Source of the DNA: Podarcis tiliguerta
Taxonomy: Eukaryota
NCBI GenBank assembly: GCA_965153285.1
Contig: OZ229112.1
DNA: 64,000 bases
Strand: one strand, 5' to 3'
Position numbers and translations under genes: made by a program. The notes under the pieces were generated by a model. It was not told the DNA's origin. It saw nothing but the letters and a program-made list of their open reading frames with translations, and did no database searches. Of this stretch, positions 52,861 through 64,000 are shown in pieces. Numbering within the stretch: position 1 is the stretch's first letter; every line of letters begins with the position of its first letter.

Positions 52861-52874
52861 TAGTAAACTAGTAA

Positions 52875-52996
52875 GCGGTAGCTATTTATCTACTTGCACT
52901 GGTGTGCTTTCAAACTGCTAGAGCTCACCCTGTCGTGCAGATTCAAACCACCAACCTTCTGATTGGCAAGCCCAAGAGGCTCAGTGGTTTAGACCA
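52875..52996 (-). mobile_element. Sauria SINE fragment (5' half, internally deleted)
   Basis: TATTTATCTACTTGCAC...AGAGGCTCAGTGGTTTAGACCAC matches the reverse of 26907-27080. Confidence 0.8.
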
Positions 52997-54027
52997 CCAC
53001 CACCACTACTTATTTTTCTACTACTACTACAACAACTAATAATAATAATAATAATAATAATAATAGCATTGCACTGTTTATGTACCACTAAATGATTAGC
53101 CCTCCAAGCATCATGAATGTGCTTTCCTCTAGCTTTAAAAGGAGTTTAAAACCGACTATTATTTTTGTCTCAGTATGATGTACTTCGAAAACCTGGTCAG
53201 GCACCTGAATTGTTTCTAGAAACAGAGCAATTTTGATGTGCTCATGTGTGCCGTTCACTGACACAGAACAGAAAACAGCCACCCGATTCTGCACCTATTC
53301 ATTTTGAAAGGGTGGCCAAATATTTACCTGCTATGAAGTAAGTGTAACTATCCTTTGAAAAACAAGCTACTTTGAAAACTTTCCCATCCCAGATTTCATC
53401 CCTACCCTTTTGCGTTTGCTTCGTATGTCTCATAAAAAAGTCATTACTTCTCATAGCATGAAAATATTTCCCATTAAAACAGTGGCCTGCTTTTAATAAA
53501 TCCCAAAGTTATTGTTGGCACCAAATTGCCTATGTCTAACCAAATGGATTTTTATTTTATTTTTTATTTTTTTGTGCATGCATTCAACTCATGTAACTTA
53601 ATACACTCTGCAAAACTGTTCAAAGCCTTCAGCAACCCTTTTAGTCCAGGCAGATGTCAGGAGAGCAGCTGTATTTGAAACCACGGTGTTGTCATTATTG
53701 ACCTTTCTTCTGTTGCTGTTATCTCAATAACAGAGGTTGCTGTGGGAAAGGAAAATTTGCCTTCTGTTCGGCAGAAAGGAGATCTTGCTTCGAAGCTTTG
53801 CTTCTAGGTGCAAATGCAGCACCTTTGATAATTCATGCTATTAAAGAGCTGGCAGATAAATTTTGCCTCAGGAAATACTCCCTAGTTAGGCAAATTTCAG
53901 GGCACCTATGGAAAGGCTAGTGCCAATGTGCATGATTTAATTTCACTGGTCTTTACTACTCCTGATGCTATTGAGAAGCATCACATTTGAGCTGAACAGG
54001 TAAATATCACAGCTCTCTTTCCAATGG

Positions 54028-54126
54028 TAGGGATGGGCAAATATGCCAGTCTTGGTTTCTCTCAGTTTCTAATTTTTCCAGTCCTAAATTCAATTCTCCC
54101 CATTTCCACATCAGTTAGCTATTTTT

Positions 54127-54180
<54 letters not shown>

Positions 54181-54906
54181 TAATAATAATAATTTATTTA
54201 TACCCCACCTATCTGGCTGGGTTTCCCCAGTCACTCTGGGCAGCTTCCAACAAAATATTAAAATACAGTAATGCATCAAAAATTAAAAGCTTCCCTAAAC
54301 AGGGCTGCCTTCAGATGACTTTTAAAAATCTGGTAGTTGTTGTTCTCTTTGACATCTGGTGGGGGGGCATTCCACAGGGCGGGTGCCACTACCGAGAAGG
54401 CCCTCTGCCTGGTTCCCTGTAACTTGGCTTCTCGCAATGAGTGAACCGCCAGAAGGCCCTTGGCGCTGGACCTCAGTGTCCAGGTAGAACAATGGGGATG
54501 GAAACGCTCCTTCAGATATACTGGACCGAAGATGTTTAGGGCTTTAAAGGTCAGCACCAACACTTTGAATTGTTCTTGGAAACGTACTGGGAGCCAATGT
54601 AGGTCTTTCAAAAGTCGCTAATGAAAATTCATCAGTATTTTAGGGCTAATTTCTCATAAGATGCACATTTTGGTATACAGGTTTGCCTAATATACACATT
54701 TTTACAATGCAGTTTTCCCTAAAGTAATGTTGCTTTCACTAATATATGTAATTATACACACATTTTACATAAGCATTTTAGTTCACATTACTTGGCTGGA
54801 GAACTGCATTACCAAATGCAAATTTCAAAGGGCAGCTGGGTTTCAGTTCATGTGTTGCAGAAAGTGAGGATTAGATCATTTTGCCTTTCAGTGCAAACTC
54901 AATCAA
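54028..54906 (+). mobile_element. TAGGGATG-TIR hAT-like element interrupted by an L2 3' end
   Basis: Starts TAGGGATGGGC. The body resumes at ~54611 after the LINE. Confidence 0.7.
54128..54610 (-). mobile_element. L2-clade LINE, 5'-truncated 3' end with simple-repeat tail
   Basis: ORF 54276-54611 (DLHWLPVRF...RAFSVVAPALWNA...LFREAF) is an open L2 ORF2 C-terminus. (TAA)n array at 54128-54193. Confidence 0.92.
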
Positions 54907-55194
54907 GTTATAATGGTGAGGAACGTTTCACACCCCGGGGTCCGCATTCCATTCTGGACAATCTTCAGGGGGCTGCATGCCCGTTCTGGACAGGACCACC
55001 AACAAAAGTGAGTGGAGCAACAAATGTGAATTCTTTTTCTGCACAGTAGGCTGGTTTTTTACACCTACTCAAACAGCACTCTCTATCCTCCATGCAGTCA
55101 AGCAAGAAATCTGACCCAAGTTCAAAGACATATTCCAGCCAGGCAATACTCACTCAAAAGAAGGCTGCAAGGGGGTGGGTCAGGATAATATAGA

Positions 55195-55300
55195 AGAAAG
55201 AAGAAGAAGAAGAGGAGGAGGAGGAGGAGGGGGAGTTTGGATTTGATATCCCGCTTTATCACTACCCAAAGCAGTCTCAAAGCGGCCAACAATCTCCTTC
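55195..55300 (-). mobile_element. 3' tail of a MIR-related lizard SINE with purine simple-repeat end
   Basis: (GAA/GGA)n then GAGTTTGGATTTGATATCCCGCTTTATCACTACCC, recognised from memory as a recurrent lacertid SINE terminus. Confidence 0.55.
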
Positions 55301-56601
55301 TGGGGTAAGTTCTGAGGACCAGCTAGAGAGGCCTTGGGGGTCATCTCTGGCTCCCAGACCTGAGGCTCCCATCCATGATGTAGACAATGTTGACTTTGAT
55401 GGACCAATAGTCTGACTTGGTATTCTGGAGCTTCCTATGCCCTTAAATGAGGGCATCTATCACAGTCAAAAGCATGCGCACCGACATTCTAGGTTGCACT
55501 CAGCCTGCTAGTAGGCTTCCCATAGACATCTGGTCGGTCACAATGAGAACAAGGTGCTAGACTAGACGGGTCTTTAGTCCGACCCAGTAGGGTCCTTCTT
55601 GTCTCCTTATACTTTAATAGAAAGCTACTAGCAAGCCAATTGAAAACACTTTCAGATGTTATTTTGTATAGTCCAAGCACTTCTCCTTTGGAACTTCTTT
55701 TGCACCAAATGCATTATGTTTCTCATTGATTTCAATTCCCTAAATTCTTTAGACTCCTTTTCTAAAGTAGCAGATACCCTCGCCAGATTCAAAACGCTTC
55801 CTGTGACTTTAACAGTTTCATAATATGTAGAATTTTACAAGTGTAGCATTTTCCTCATACCTTTGTTGTAGTCAGGGGCATGTAACACTCCAGCTGACAT
55901 TCTCCTTCCTCCACAAACTCTTCACCATGCATAAAATAAGCTGACCAATAAGAAGAGTCCCTCATCTGCATCTAGCCTGGCAATCCTGCTCCACTTGCCA
56001 GTTTGTTACATGGCCAGCCTCACACATTGCCATTGTCCAAGTTTCATGCTGGGGAAGGCCGGGCTAGCCAAAAGGAGTGATAATAGAATACAGATTTCCT
56101 GATCTCACATCTGAAGAAATGCATTTCAGAAATAGTCCTTTAGTAATATAATTAGGCAAAGCACCACAGCATTTGTTTTTAATCACTGCTTGCATTGCAG
56201 TAGCATCCACTCTGGATCTCGTGCTTTCGGAAAGGCCAATATTTTCCAAGCTGATGCTTAAAGCTGCACCACTAGATCTACTTTTTAAAAATATGGAATA
56301 GCAGTATATACTGGGGACGTGTTTTGTCCCAATTAATGACACTCACAGGCCCATAAGCAGCGAAGCTCTCATAAGAATCCTGTCTTGGCTTAGCGAAGAT
56401 TCCACAAATGTGTGGGTTTCTGGAGAAGACTTGGACTAGACAGCCCTTATAATAACCATCTTCAATCAGAGGCTGTCCTCTTAGAGGAGAACACATACCC
56501 TCCCCCCCCCCCCGCCGGTCTAATAGTGTGATCGAGTCATTCGTGCCTCTGGGGTCAGATCACCTCTTCCAGACTCCTTCCCTTCCTTGCAGAGTTAAAG
56601 G

Positions 56602-56737
56602 CAGGCATGGGAAAACTTGGACCTCCAGATGTTTTGGGACTACAACTCCCATCATCCCTAGCTAACAGGGCCAGTGGTCAGGGATGATGGGAACTGTAGT
56701 CTCACAACTTCTGGAGGGCCGAGTTTGCCTATGCCTG
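56602..56737. mobile_element. CAGGCAT-TIR hAT-type MITE with perfect 8-bp TSD
   Basis: CAGGCATGGG...CCTATGCCTG, palindromic throughout. GTTAAAGG at 56594-56601 and 56738-56745. Confidence 0.92.
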
Positions 56738-59733
56738 GTTAAAGGACTTGAAGGCCTCTGGTTTGTAGCCTAGCACTTTTCACCCTTTCCTCCAAGTATG
56801 TTGTATGTGCTGAGAGGGTTATGTAGAAATGTGGATCTCTTGACTAGAAGGCAGCAGTTTCTTGGTGTGCAGGATGCGAGGTAGAGACTATGCATGTTCC
56901 AATTCAGGGCTCCCTGGCTCAAGAGCCCGAGATCCAATGGGCTAATGTTCTGAGACAATCCTATTTGTCACATATGTTGCCGACGTCAAACATTATTGTA
57001 TGTATACACTCTTTGAGTTGTTTCAATTCCATCCTCAAAACTATTGCAAAGATCCCTATTTAAAGACTTGATTAGACTCATCTGAGTTGCTGCTGGACTC
57101 ATGTTAAAACAACTGTGGAAGACCAGTAAGCCTCTTACAAGAGACAAGCAGAACACCTTTTTGTAGATAAAGGAGTGGTTTTAATCCAAGCCACAGTAGC
57201 ATAATAGATTCTTTTTCAGTGAAGTTGACAAAATCGTTTTCTTTGCATGCATAACTGACTTGTGAATGAAAAACCCCCAAACCCTCACAACTTCTAAAAT
57301 GTTTTTAAAACAGACTCATTTTGCATCTGAGACATTGAAGATGGATTCCCCCCCCCCCCATCTCAAACAGTGTTTTGTACCAGTTTCAGTTCTATGATTT
57401 AACGAATATTCTGGGAGCACTCTTTTTTTATGAGGTAGAACAAAGGAACATTTTACAGGCTTCAGTCTTAAGTTTGCAATAACTCTGATATGGCAGTAAA
57501 TTAAGTGATTGTCTCTAATGAAAGCAGCATAAAAATGGCAGTCAAGCGGCTTCTCTGAATAAAGAGTAGAAAGTGTGTGAGAGACTATATTGATGGATTG
57601 CCAAAATAACTGGGTGGTTAAAAAAAAAACTTCTGCTGCAACAACCAGGTCAGATCTATTATTAAGTTAATTCTTTCCATTTCCATTCTGCCCAGAGCAA
57701 TAAATAGAATATATAGGAGTGCCAAAGACATATTAGATATTTCTAGTGTTCATGTTGTATCACACAGTCCTTGATAGACAGTAGATTGCTTTGTGGGGGT
57801 TCGCTCCCACCTACTATCCACACAATGTGAGAAAGTGAAGAACTACAATTAGAGAGAGACCAAGAGTGTGACATTACACAAGAAATGAAATGTGAAATGC
57901 TTATATATTGCTCCCCCTGCAAAGGTTCAATACCAGTAAAATTTGAACAAGGTGATACATGAAACAAAACAGGCTTCTTGGATTACAAAGAAATACCCAA
58001 CTTTGCTTAGGATAACATCTTTCCCACGTGTAAGATCTGCATCTAATATACATAAACGGAAACTCCTGTTATGCCTTTGAGCATCAAATGTTATAAAATA
58101 AGCTGAACTTAACTTCAACTGCACTTGAATAAGAGGACAAACACCCAGGTCTACTTGATCAATATTCTTCACATATGTCTGCTGATGGTTTATTTATCAA
58201 TATGTTATATTGTTGTGCTATGTTATATTATGTTATGTTATTATACCTGCATTTTCCAGTCCAATAGGACCCTCAGATCAGTTAACAAAACTTGCATAAA
58301 AATCATTATAAGGAAACAAAATGATCAAACAATAAAAACAATTGAACGGCAATAGTTTCATCTTAAAAGAGCTTAAGGTTCCATAAGCCAGAAAATAACC
58401 TGAGGTCAGAATCAAGTCCAGAAAAGACACGCCTGGAGAAGGTGTTTTGATCAACAGTACTATCGAGGTACTGTGAGGTAGATTGCCTGATCTTCCCAGT
58501 GCAACGTGTTCCACATTTTAGGTGCCGCAATGCAAAATGCCGGATCCAGTGTCCCTGCTCTCTGCACCTCACAAGACCGCATAATAATTAAGATATTCCA
58601 GATGCCACAAGTGAATGTTTAGTTCATGTGACAGAAGGTCATCTTTCAGATATCCTGATCCTCAACCATTTATGGTTTTTAAAGTGGGTGATCAGCACCT
58701 TGAATGAGGAACAGAAAGAGGACTATGTCAAAAGGGGTGGACTTCTTTTCTTTTTACTAGCCAATCAGATCTGTCACACCTCATCTGGTTTGGCCCAGAA
58801 TCTCTTAACTCTGTTTTCTGACTTTCACTATTATTAGTTTATTTGATGGCGGTTAGTCATTTCCTTTGCAGCGATTAAACCACACTCTTGATAAGCAAAA
58901 AAAACTCAGCAATGAGATTATTTTCCCCTAAAATCAGCAATGTTTGAGTTCTGAAGTAATGTACTTTGCAATCCTATATATGTCTACACAGAAGTGGGCT
59001 TTGATTTCATCCTTTGACATGATTAATCATCAAAAGCTTCAGAGATAGTCCACATCACCTTGTGTCCTAAAAAAATTTTTTAAGGAAGCATTCTATTATT
59101 TTCTTATTTATTTATTTACTTACCGGTACTTACTTACTTACTTACTCAGAATAACTGAATACTATTTATAAGTATTTAGTATCCCTTTTTGAGGGGATGA
59201 ATACTATCCAATTTCAAACTGGCATGTGAGTTTTTTCTGCGAGTGCCGCCTTTACAGTTTTGGAGAGGTTAAAAGGGGTTTTCCCTTGGCTCACTGCTAA
59301 ATCAGTATATATGGGCTGTGCTTTGAAAATACTGAAGTGACAGAAAAGAGAATCATATATTCATTGATAAGGCATTGTGATGATTTCCATTCATAGAATG
59401 GAGGACGAACAAGAAAAAGAGGTTGTCCTTCAAGCTTGTTAAGAAGTACCTGGAGTATAAGACAAGGCAAGTGATTTTATTAATTGTTTCGTGTGATTGA
59501 TTGAATTTATAACCTGCCTTTCCTCCCCAAAGAACGCAGGGTGGCAAAGAGATATACCAATTTAAAAACCAAAGCAAAAAGAATTGCAATTAAAAAACAC
59601 CCATCCACTGATCTCAAGGCTTCCAGGAATAGTATTCTCCAGCCCACAGTTCTTCAGTAATAACAAAATATTGCTCCAGCAACAATTCCCTCCGCCTAGG
59701 ATGGAGGCCAGGAGGTCATTTCCACTGAGATTA

Positions 59734-60211
59734 CTGTATTTTTCGCCCTATAGGACGCACTTTTCCCCCTCCAAAAATGAAGGGGAAATGTGTGTGCGTC
59801 CTATGGGGCGAATGCAGGCTTTCGCTGAAGCCTGGAGAGCGAGGGGGGTCGGTGCGCACCGACCCCTCTCGCTCTCCAGGCTTCTGGAAGCTATCCGCTA
59901 GCCATGGGAGACGCAGCTCTCCCACGGCTAGCCGAGCGCTTGCCTGCATCCAGAAGCTTGGGGCGCGCTGAGCTCAGCACGCCCCAAGCTTCAGGCTTCG
60001 CACAGTGCTCCGCTAGCCGTGGGAGAGCCACGCGAAGTCGCGTGGCTCTCCCACAGCTAGCGGATAGCAGCCTGTTCTGGGGGCTGGGGTGGGAGAAACT
60101 TGGGCTTCCCCCACCCCAGCCTGGGGGGAAAATATTTTTTTTCTTTATTTCCCCCCCAAAAAACTAGATGCGTCCTATGGGCCGGTGCATCCTATGGGGC
60201 GAAAAATACGG
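59734..60211. mobile_element. Tc1/mariner-superfamily non-autonomous element with TA TSD
   Basis: TIRs CTGTATTTTTCGCCCTATAGGACGCAC / GTGCATCCTATGGGGCGAAAAATACGG. TA at 59732-59733 and 60212-60213. CpG-rich palindromic core. Confidence 0.9.
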
Positions 60212-61040
60212 TATATCCATTCTTCTTGTTTTCCTTGCAGTTGTCATTTTATGTTGCATTCTTCTAAGCCCCACCTCTGCGCTTCATATGCAAGTATGTG
60301 TCTATAGGGCATCTGTTTGTAGTTCCTAGTAGCTCTGATAGAGTTTCCTAGTAATCAAAGAGGAGACCACAATCACAATTGTGCGGCTGCAACAGTTCCT
60401 TCTGCTGGCCATCTTTTTGGCAGTCTTTTTAGCCAGTTGCCACAATTTTACCTCAAGTAGTTAGTCTGTGGAAAACTCTAGAACCTGTATATTTTTCCAT
60501 TGGCTTGCTAAAGTGAACTGTTTAGTTAATAGATTGAGCACAGGGCTCAAACAATGGATTTAATCCAAAACCATCTGTTTAACATTCAGAGGGTGCTTTT
60601 AATGTAAAAGCTCTTACAACAAATCATCTCTCAAGTCTTTTCAAATTTATCCCCTGCTATATTCAAGACGTAAAACATGATTGATGTTTGATTTTCAGAT
60701 ACTGATATGGACCACTTTCCCCAAGAACAAGCAGCACATGTGTGTAAGAAGTCTAGTTGGCCAATAATCAAGTACATGTTATTCTGTTAATATTATTTAA
60801 GTTGCCATCCAGTGCATGCTTAGCTGTGAGTAAGGCTGCAAGCTTATACCAGTTTACCTGGGGTGTAAGCCCTCTTTAACTTTATAGGACTTCTGATTAA
60901 GCATGCATAGGATTGCTCTATGAGCCCCTTGGAAGACATTCAGACTTACTTATGCGCAAGTTTGCACTGTGAAGTGTCCATTCAGCAGCTTCAAGTGATT
61001 ATATGATTAAGTGTATTCCTAAACGACTTAAAGCAGAAAG

Positions 61041-61254
61041 CAGGCATGTCCAAAGTCCATTTTGGGGGCCTAATCCGGCCCACCGGTCGCTTTAATCTGG
61101 CCCCCATGGCAGTATATGTCCTGGGGTAAAATCCTAAAAAAAGCTCATCAACCTTGGCGCAAAATTGTAAAAAAGCTCAACAACTTTGGTCAGCCCTCAC
61201 GCATGTTCACTTCATCCAATCTGACCCTCTTTGAGAAAAGTTTAGGTACCCCTG
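61041..61254. mobile_element. hAT (Charlie-like) non-autonomous element
   Basis: CAGGCATGTCCAAA...TTTAGGTACCCCTG with GGCCC subterminal motifs. TSD not clear. Confidence 0.65.
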
Positions 61255-61393
61255 ATTAAAGTATACACTAAAATGCTACAGAAAGTCCCATAAAAATGTA
61301 CCGAAGCAGCTTTTTGAACATCTCTGACTGTCCTGTTTGATAGTTGTACATGTGCCCATATGCATATATGTGAGAAACAGAGTATGTGCGTTA

Positions 61394-61435
<42 letters not shown>

Positions 61436-63565
61436 AAATTTACATATGCCTATATGTGAGGGTGCATATGAGTGGTTTAAAAACAATACATCAGTATACG
61501 ATTAGTCTAAAATGATTTTTTGCTGGATAATGAAAACAAAGTCATGATCCCAGAAAAGACCGGTGGATGGGAGGCAGGGGATGGGAGGAACCCCACTTGA
61601 AAACACTTGTGCACAAAATATTATGAATCACGGTCAAGCAACAGACCATGCTTGGCATATGGAAAATCTTATCCCGGTCATAGTGAAAGGTTAAGTCTTT
61701 TCCTCCTCATTTTTTGCAACCCTTTATATAATTATCTTCAGTAAACCATATTTTCTAGAAGACCTGCCCCTTTGAAAAGTTATATACCGTCAAAGAAGCC
61801 ATTTCACAATCATTAATCTATAGTTAACTGAGCTTGCAAAATGAGGCAGTGCTGCATGGAACAGCTGGGGCCTAAAACTACCCAAAAACACTTTTATGGT
61901 TTCTCTTAAAAGCCATTAAATCAACCTGATGAGAGCACAGCTGGACCGGGTCCATTAATAATCTATCAGATCCCACTGAATACATAAAGAGGGCCCGTGG
62001 CACTTTTCTTGTTCCCTCCAGCATAAGGCTGCAGGTGGAATCTAAGTTCTAACCACAACAACAAAAGCAAAGTCAGGATCGGATTTTTAAAAAATCTCTG
62101 CCGTGGATTTTGGGTCTGTGTTTTCATGTGTACATGGACATCGCTAATTCATAGGACTGCTAAGAGTCTTGTTTGAAATAAGAGGATGGACTGCTGGGCT
62201 GCAGAGACAGTTTGTTGGCAATCATCACACGACCACGTAAGATTTTCAACATGGAACTGATTAATAGGTTGCGCATGACAAATGGACAAAGAGTCTCCAG
62301 ATACCCTGGGAACAAATATTGTAACATTGATACTGGCCAGAAATTTTTTACCTACTTCATGCTGCAAACAAAACCCAACCCAGCTCTGTTAGACAGCCAA
62401 GGTTTGAAAGGGAATACTTCAAACATCTGCTAGTTAAGAGAGAGGTGAAGGTGAGCATCTGTGAAACAGGGGGAAAGGATCTTTGGAAGAGATGGGGGGA
62501 AACATTGTGTGCAACCCAAGTGTATTAAAAGCAAGAGGAGCTTTGTGTTGACTCTGTTCTCTATGCTTCTTTTACTTATTGTTTGTTATTAATGTCCATG
62601 GCACTTCCCCAATTCTTATCCCAATAATCCTCTTAACGATGCTTAACCAATTTTAGAGTGGGAAACGGAGAAACGGTGACTCATCTGAGATCACCTCTTT
62701 ATGCTCTTCCCATACCATCATCTCAAATGCACATTTGTTACTCATTTGGTGCATACAAGCTATATGTATTTCCCCTCGTGGTGGTATTCACTCACCAGCA
62801 GCTTAGTGGAACTGCCTGTCACCATATGTGGGTTGATGAAGAAGGGGAGTGAAACTACTGATCTTGCCAGTAGACATCGGGTATAGCAGCAATGTGCTAC
62901 GGTAAGAAGCACCATGTAAGGTCATGGCTAACTGTAGACTACATGAGTTCCTAGCCAGCCAACAACTATACTCTTGCATGGTGCTAACTGAAATGCCCCA
63001 GGTTCCTGCACTTAAGGGAAAGGCTGAAAATAAAACTGCCAATATCAGAATGCTGTTGTGCAAATCTGATGTGCGACTGTACTCAGAATACTGTGTACAG
63101 TAAGGGTCACTTTACCTCAAAAGACATTGTGGTTCTGGAAAAGGTTTGGACCAGGGCAACTCAAATGATGCATACATACAGTTCCTTGTATTGAACCTCT
63201 GTTGACATCAAGCCTTCAAGTGCAGTTCCTGACATAAATTGGAAAAGTGAGCTCAGAGCACTGAGCAATTGCCAAGCTGTCATTGGTATTTGGAAGTGGA
63301 AAAATGACCACAGCCACAGTTTTCTGTGGAAATAGAGAGGCTTGGATTTGGGGTTGATTACTTCTGCCCAACAGATCGCCACCATAGGTAAGTGTATCAG
63401 TGTGTGGGCAACCCACTTCTGCGAGCACACAGGTCTGGACTGGAGCTATTGGGAGCAAGAGCACAGAGGGGAGGGGCAAGAAAAGAAACAGTTGGGAAAC
63501 AGCACCTTCTACAAGGCTCTGACATGCAGCCTTCAGAAGCTAGTATCACCTTTCTAAGTTGGCAA

Positions 63566-63625
<60 letters not shown>
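63566..63625. repeat. Compound (TG)n(AG)n microsatellite
   Basis: Seen directly. Other microsatellites at 8003-8030, 12640-12670, 13382-13403, 27793-27822, 53037-53064 and 61396-61425. Confidence 0.97.
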
Positions 63626-63626
<1 letters not shown>

Positions 63627-63628
<2 letters not shown>

Positions 63629-63878
63629 GCTGGGATTCACCTACCCAACCCTGTCAGCAGAGCTTTGTGCAAGGACTTCTATTTGGGCAGCGTGATTCCC
63701 ACCCCCTCTCCTCCCCTATGTGCCCCACACTTCCCCCCTCCTAAAATTGGCTGGGGGGGGATCGGGAGAAGCCCCAGAACAGCACATGACAGAGAGAGCA
63801 AGGGAGTTGTTCCATCTGGCAAGCAGCAATGCTTGCCCAGATGGAATAATTGGAAGAGTGTGACGTTGAATTCCACCC
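63627..63878. mobile_element. GGGTGG-TIR fold-back MITE family copy
   Basis: GGGCTGGGATTCAC...GTTGAATTCCACCC with pyrimidine/purine arms around the shared centre. Confidence 0.7.
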
Positions 63879-64000
63879 ATAAACATTAAGCACAAAGTGG
63901 CCAGAATCTTGCAAGTCTGACAAACATGTGTGGATTTTAGAGATGTCCTGCTTCCTAACAGACCAATGACTTTTCTGCTAAATCCATGACTTGGGCTGGA

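Noticed and set aside
54276-54611. 111-aa ORF as a host gene
   Set aside because: L2 ORF2 C-terminus followed by a LINE tail.
58473-58495. let-7-like TGAGGTAG
   Set aside because: The match stops after the seed and there is no let-7 hairpin.

Overview
Non-coding genomic DNA from a squamate reptile, most likely a lacertid lizard (inferred from the repeats: Sauria SINEs plus a tRNA-Lys/CR1-tail SINE). I found no supportable host exon, RNA gene or CRISPR array. The only ORFs with recognisable homology are decayed L1, L2 and CR1 fragments, so this is probably a large intron or gene desert. The window holds many retroposons and non-autonomous DNA transposons: several hAT-type families with readable 8-bp TSDs, PIF/Harbinger-like fold-back MITEs and one young TA-flanked Tc1/mariner-superfamily MITE, several of them nested. 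Unique blocks with homeodomain/TALE/bHLH motifs lie between the repeats and may be enhancers. The most unusual structures are (i) a solo LTR-like element flanked by a ~170-bp diverged duplication instead of a short TSD (43026-43752), (ii) a CpG-rich MITE whose core is four consecutive near-perfect palindromes (59734-60211), and (iii) a 40-bp stem/20-nt loop hairpin (7703-7802). There is a 140-N assembly gap at 25980-26119. I could not support a new gene-based system. Family names come from recognition, not database search, and repeat boundaries without a stated TSD are approximate.
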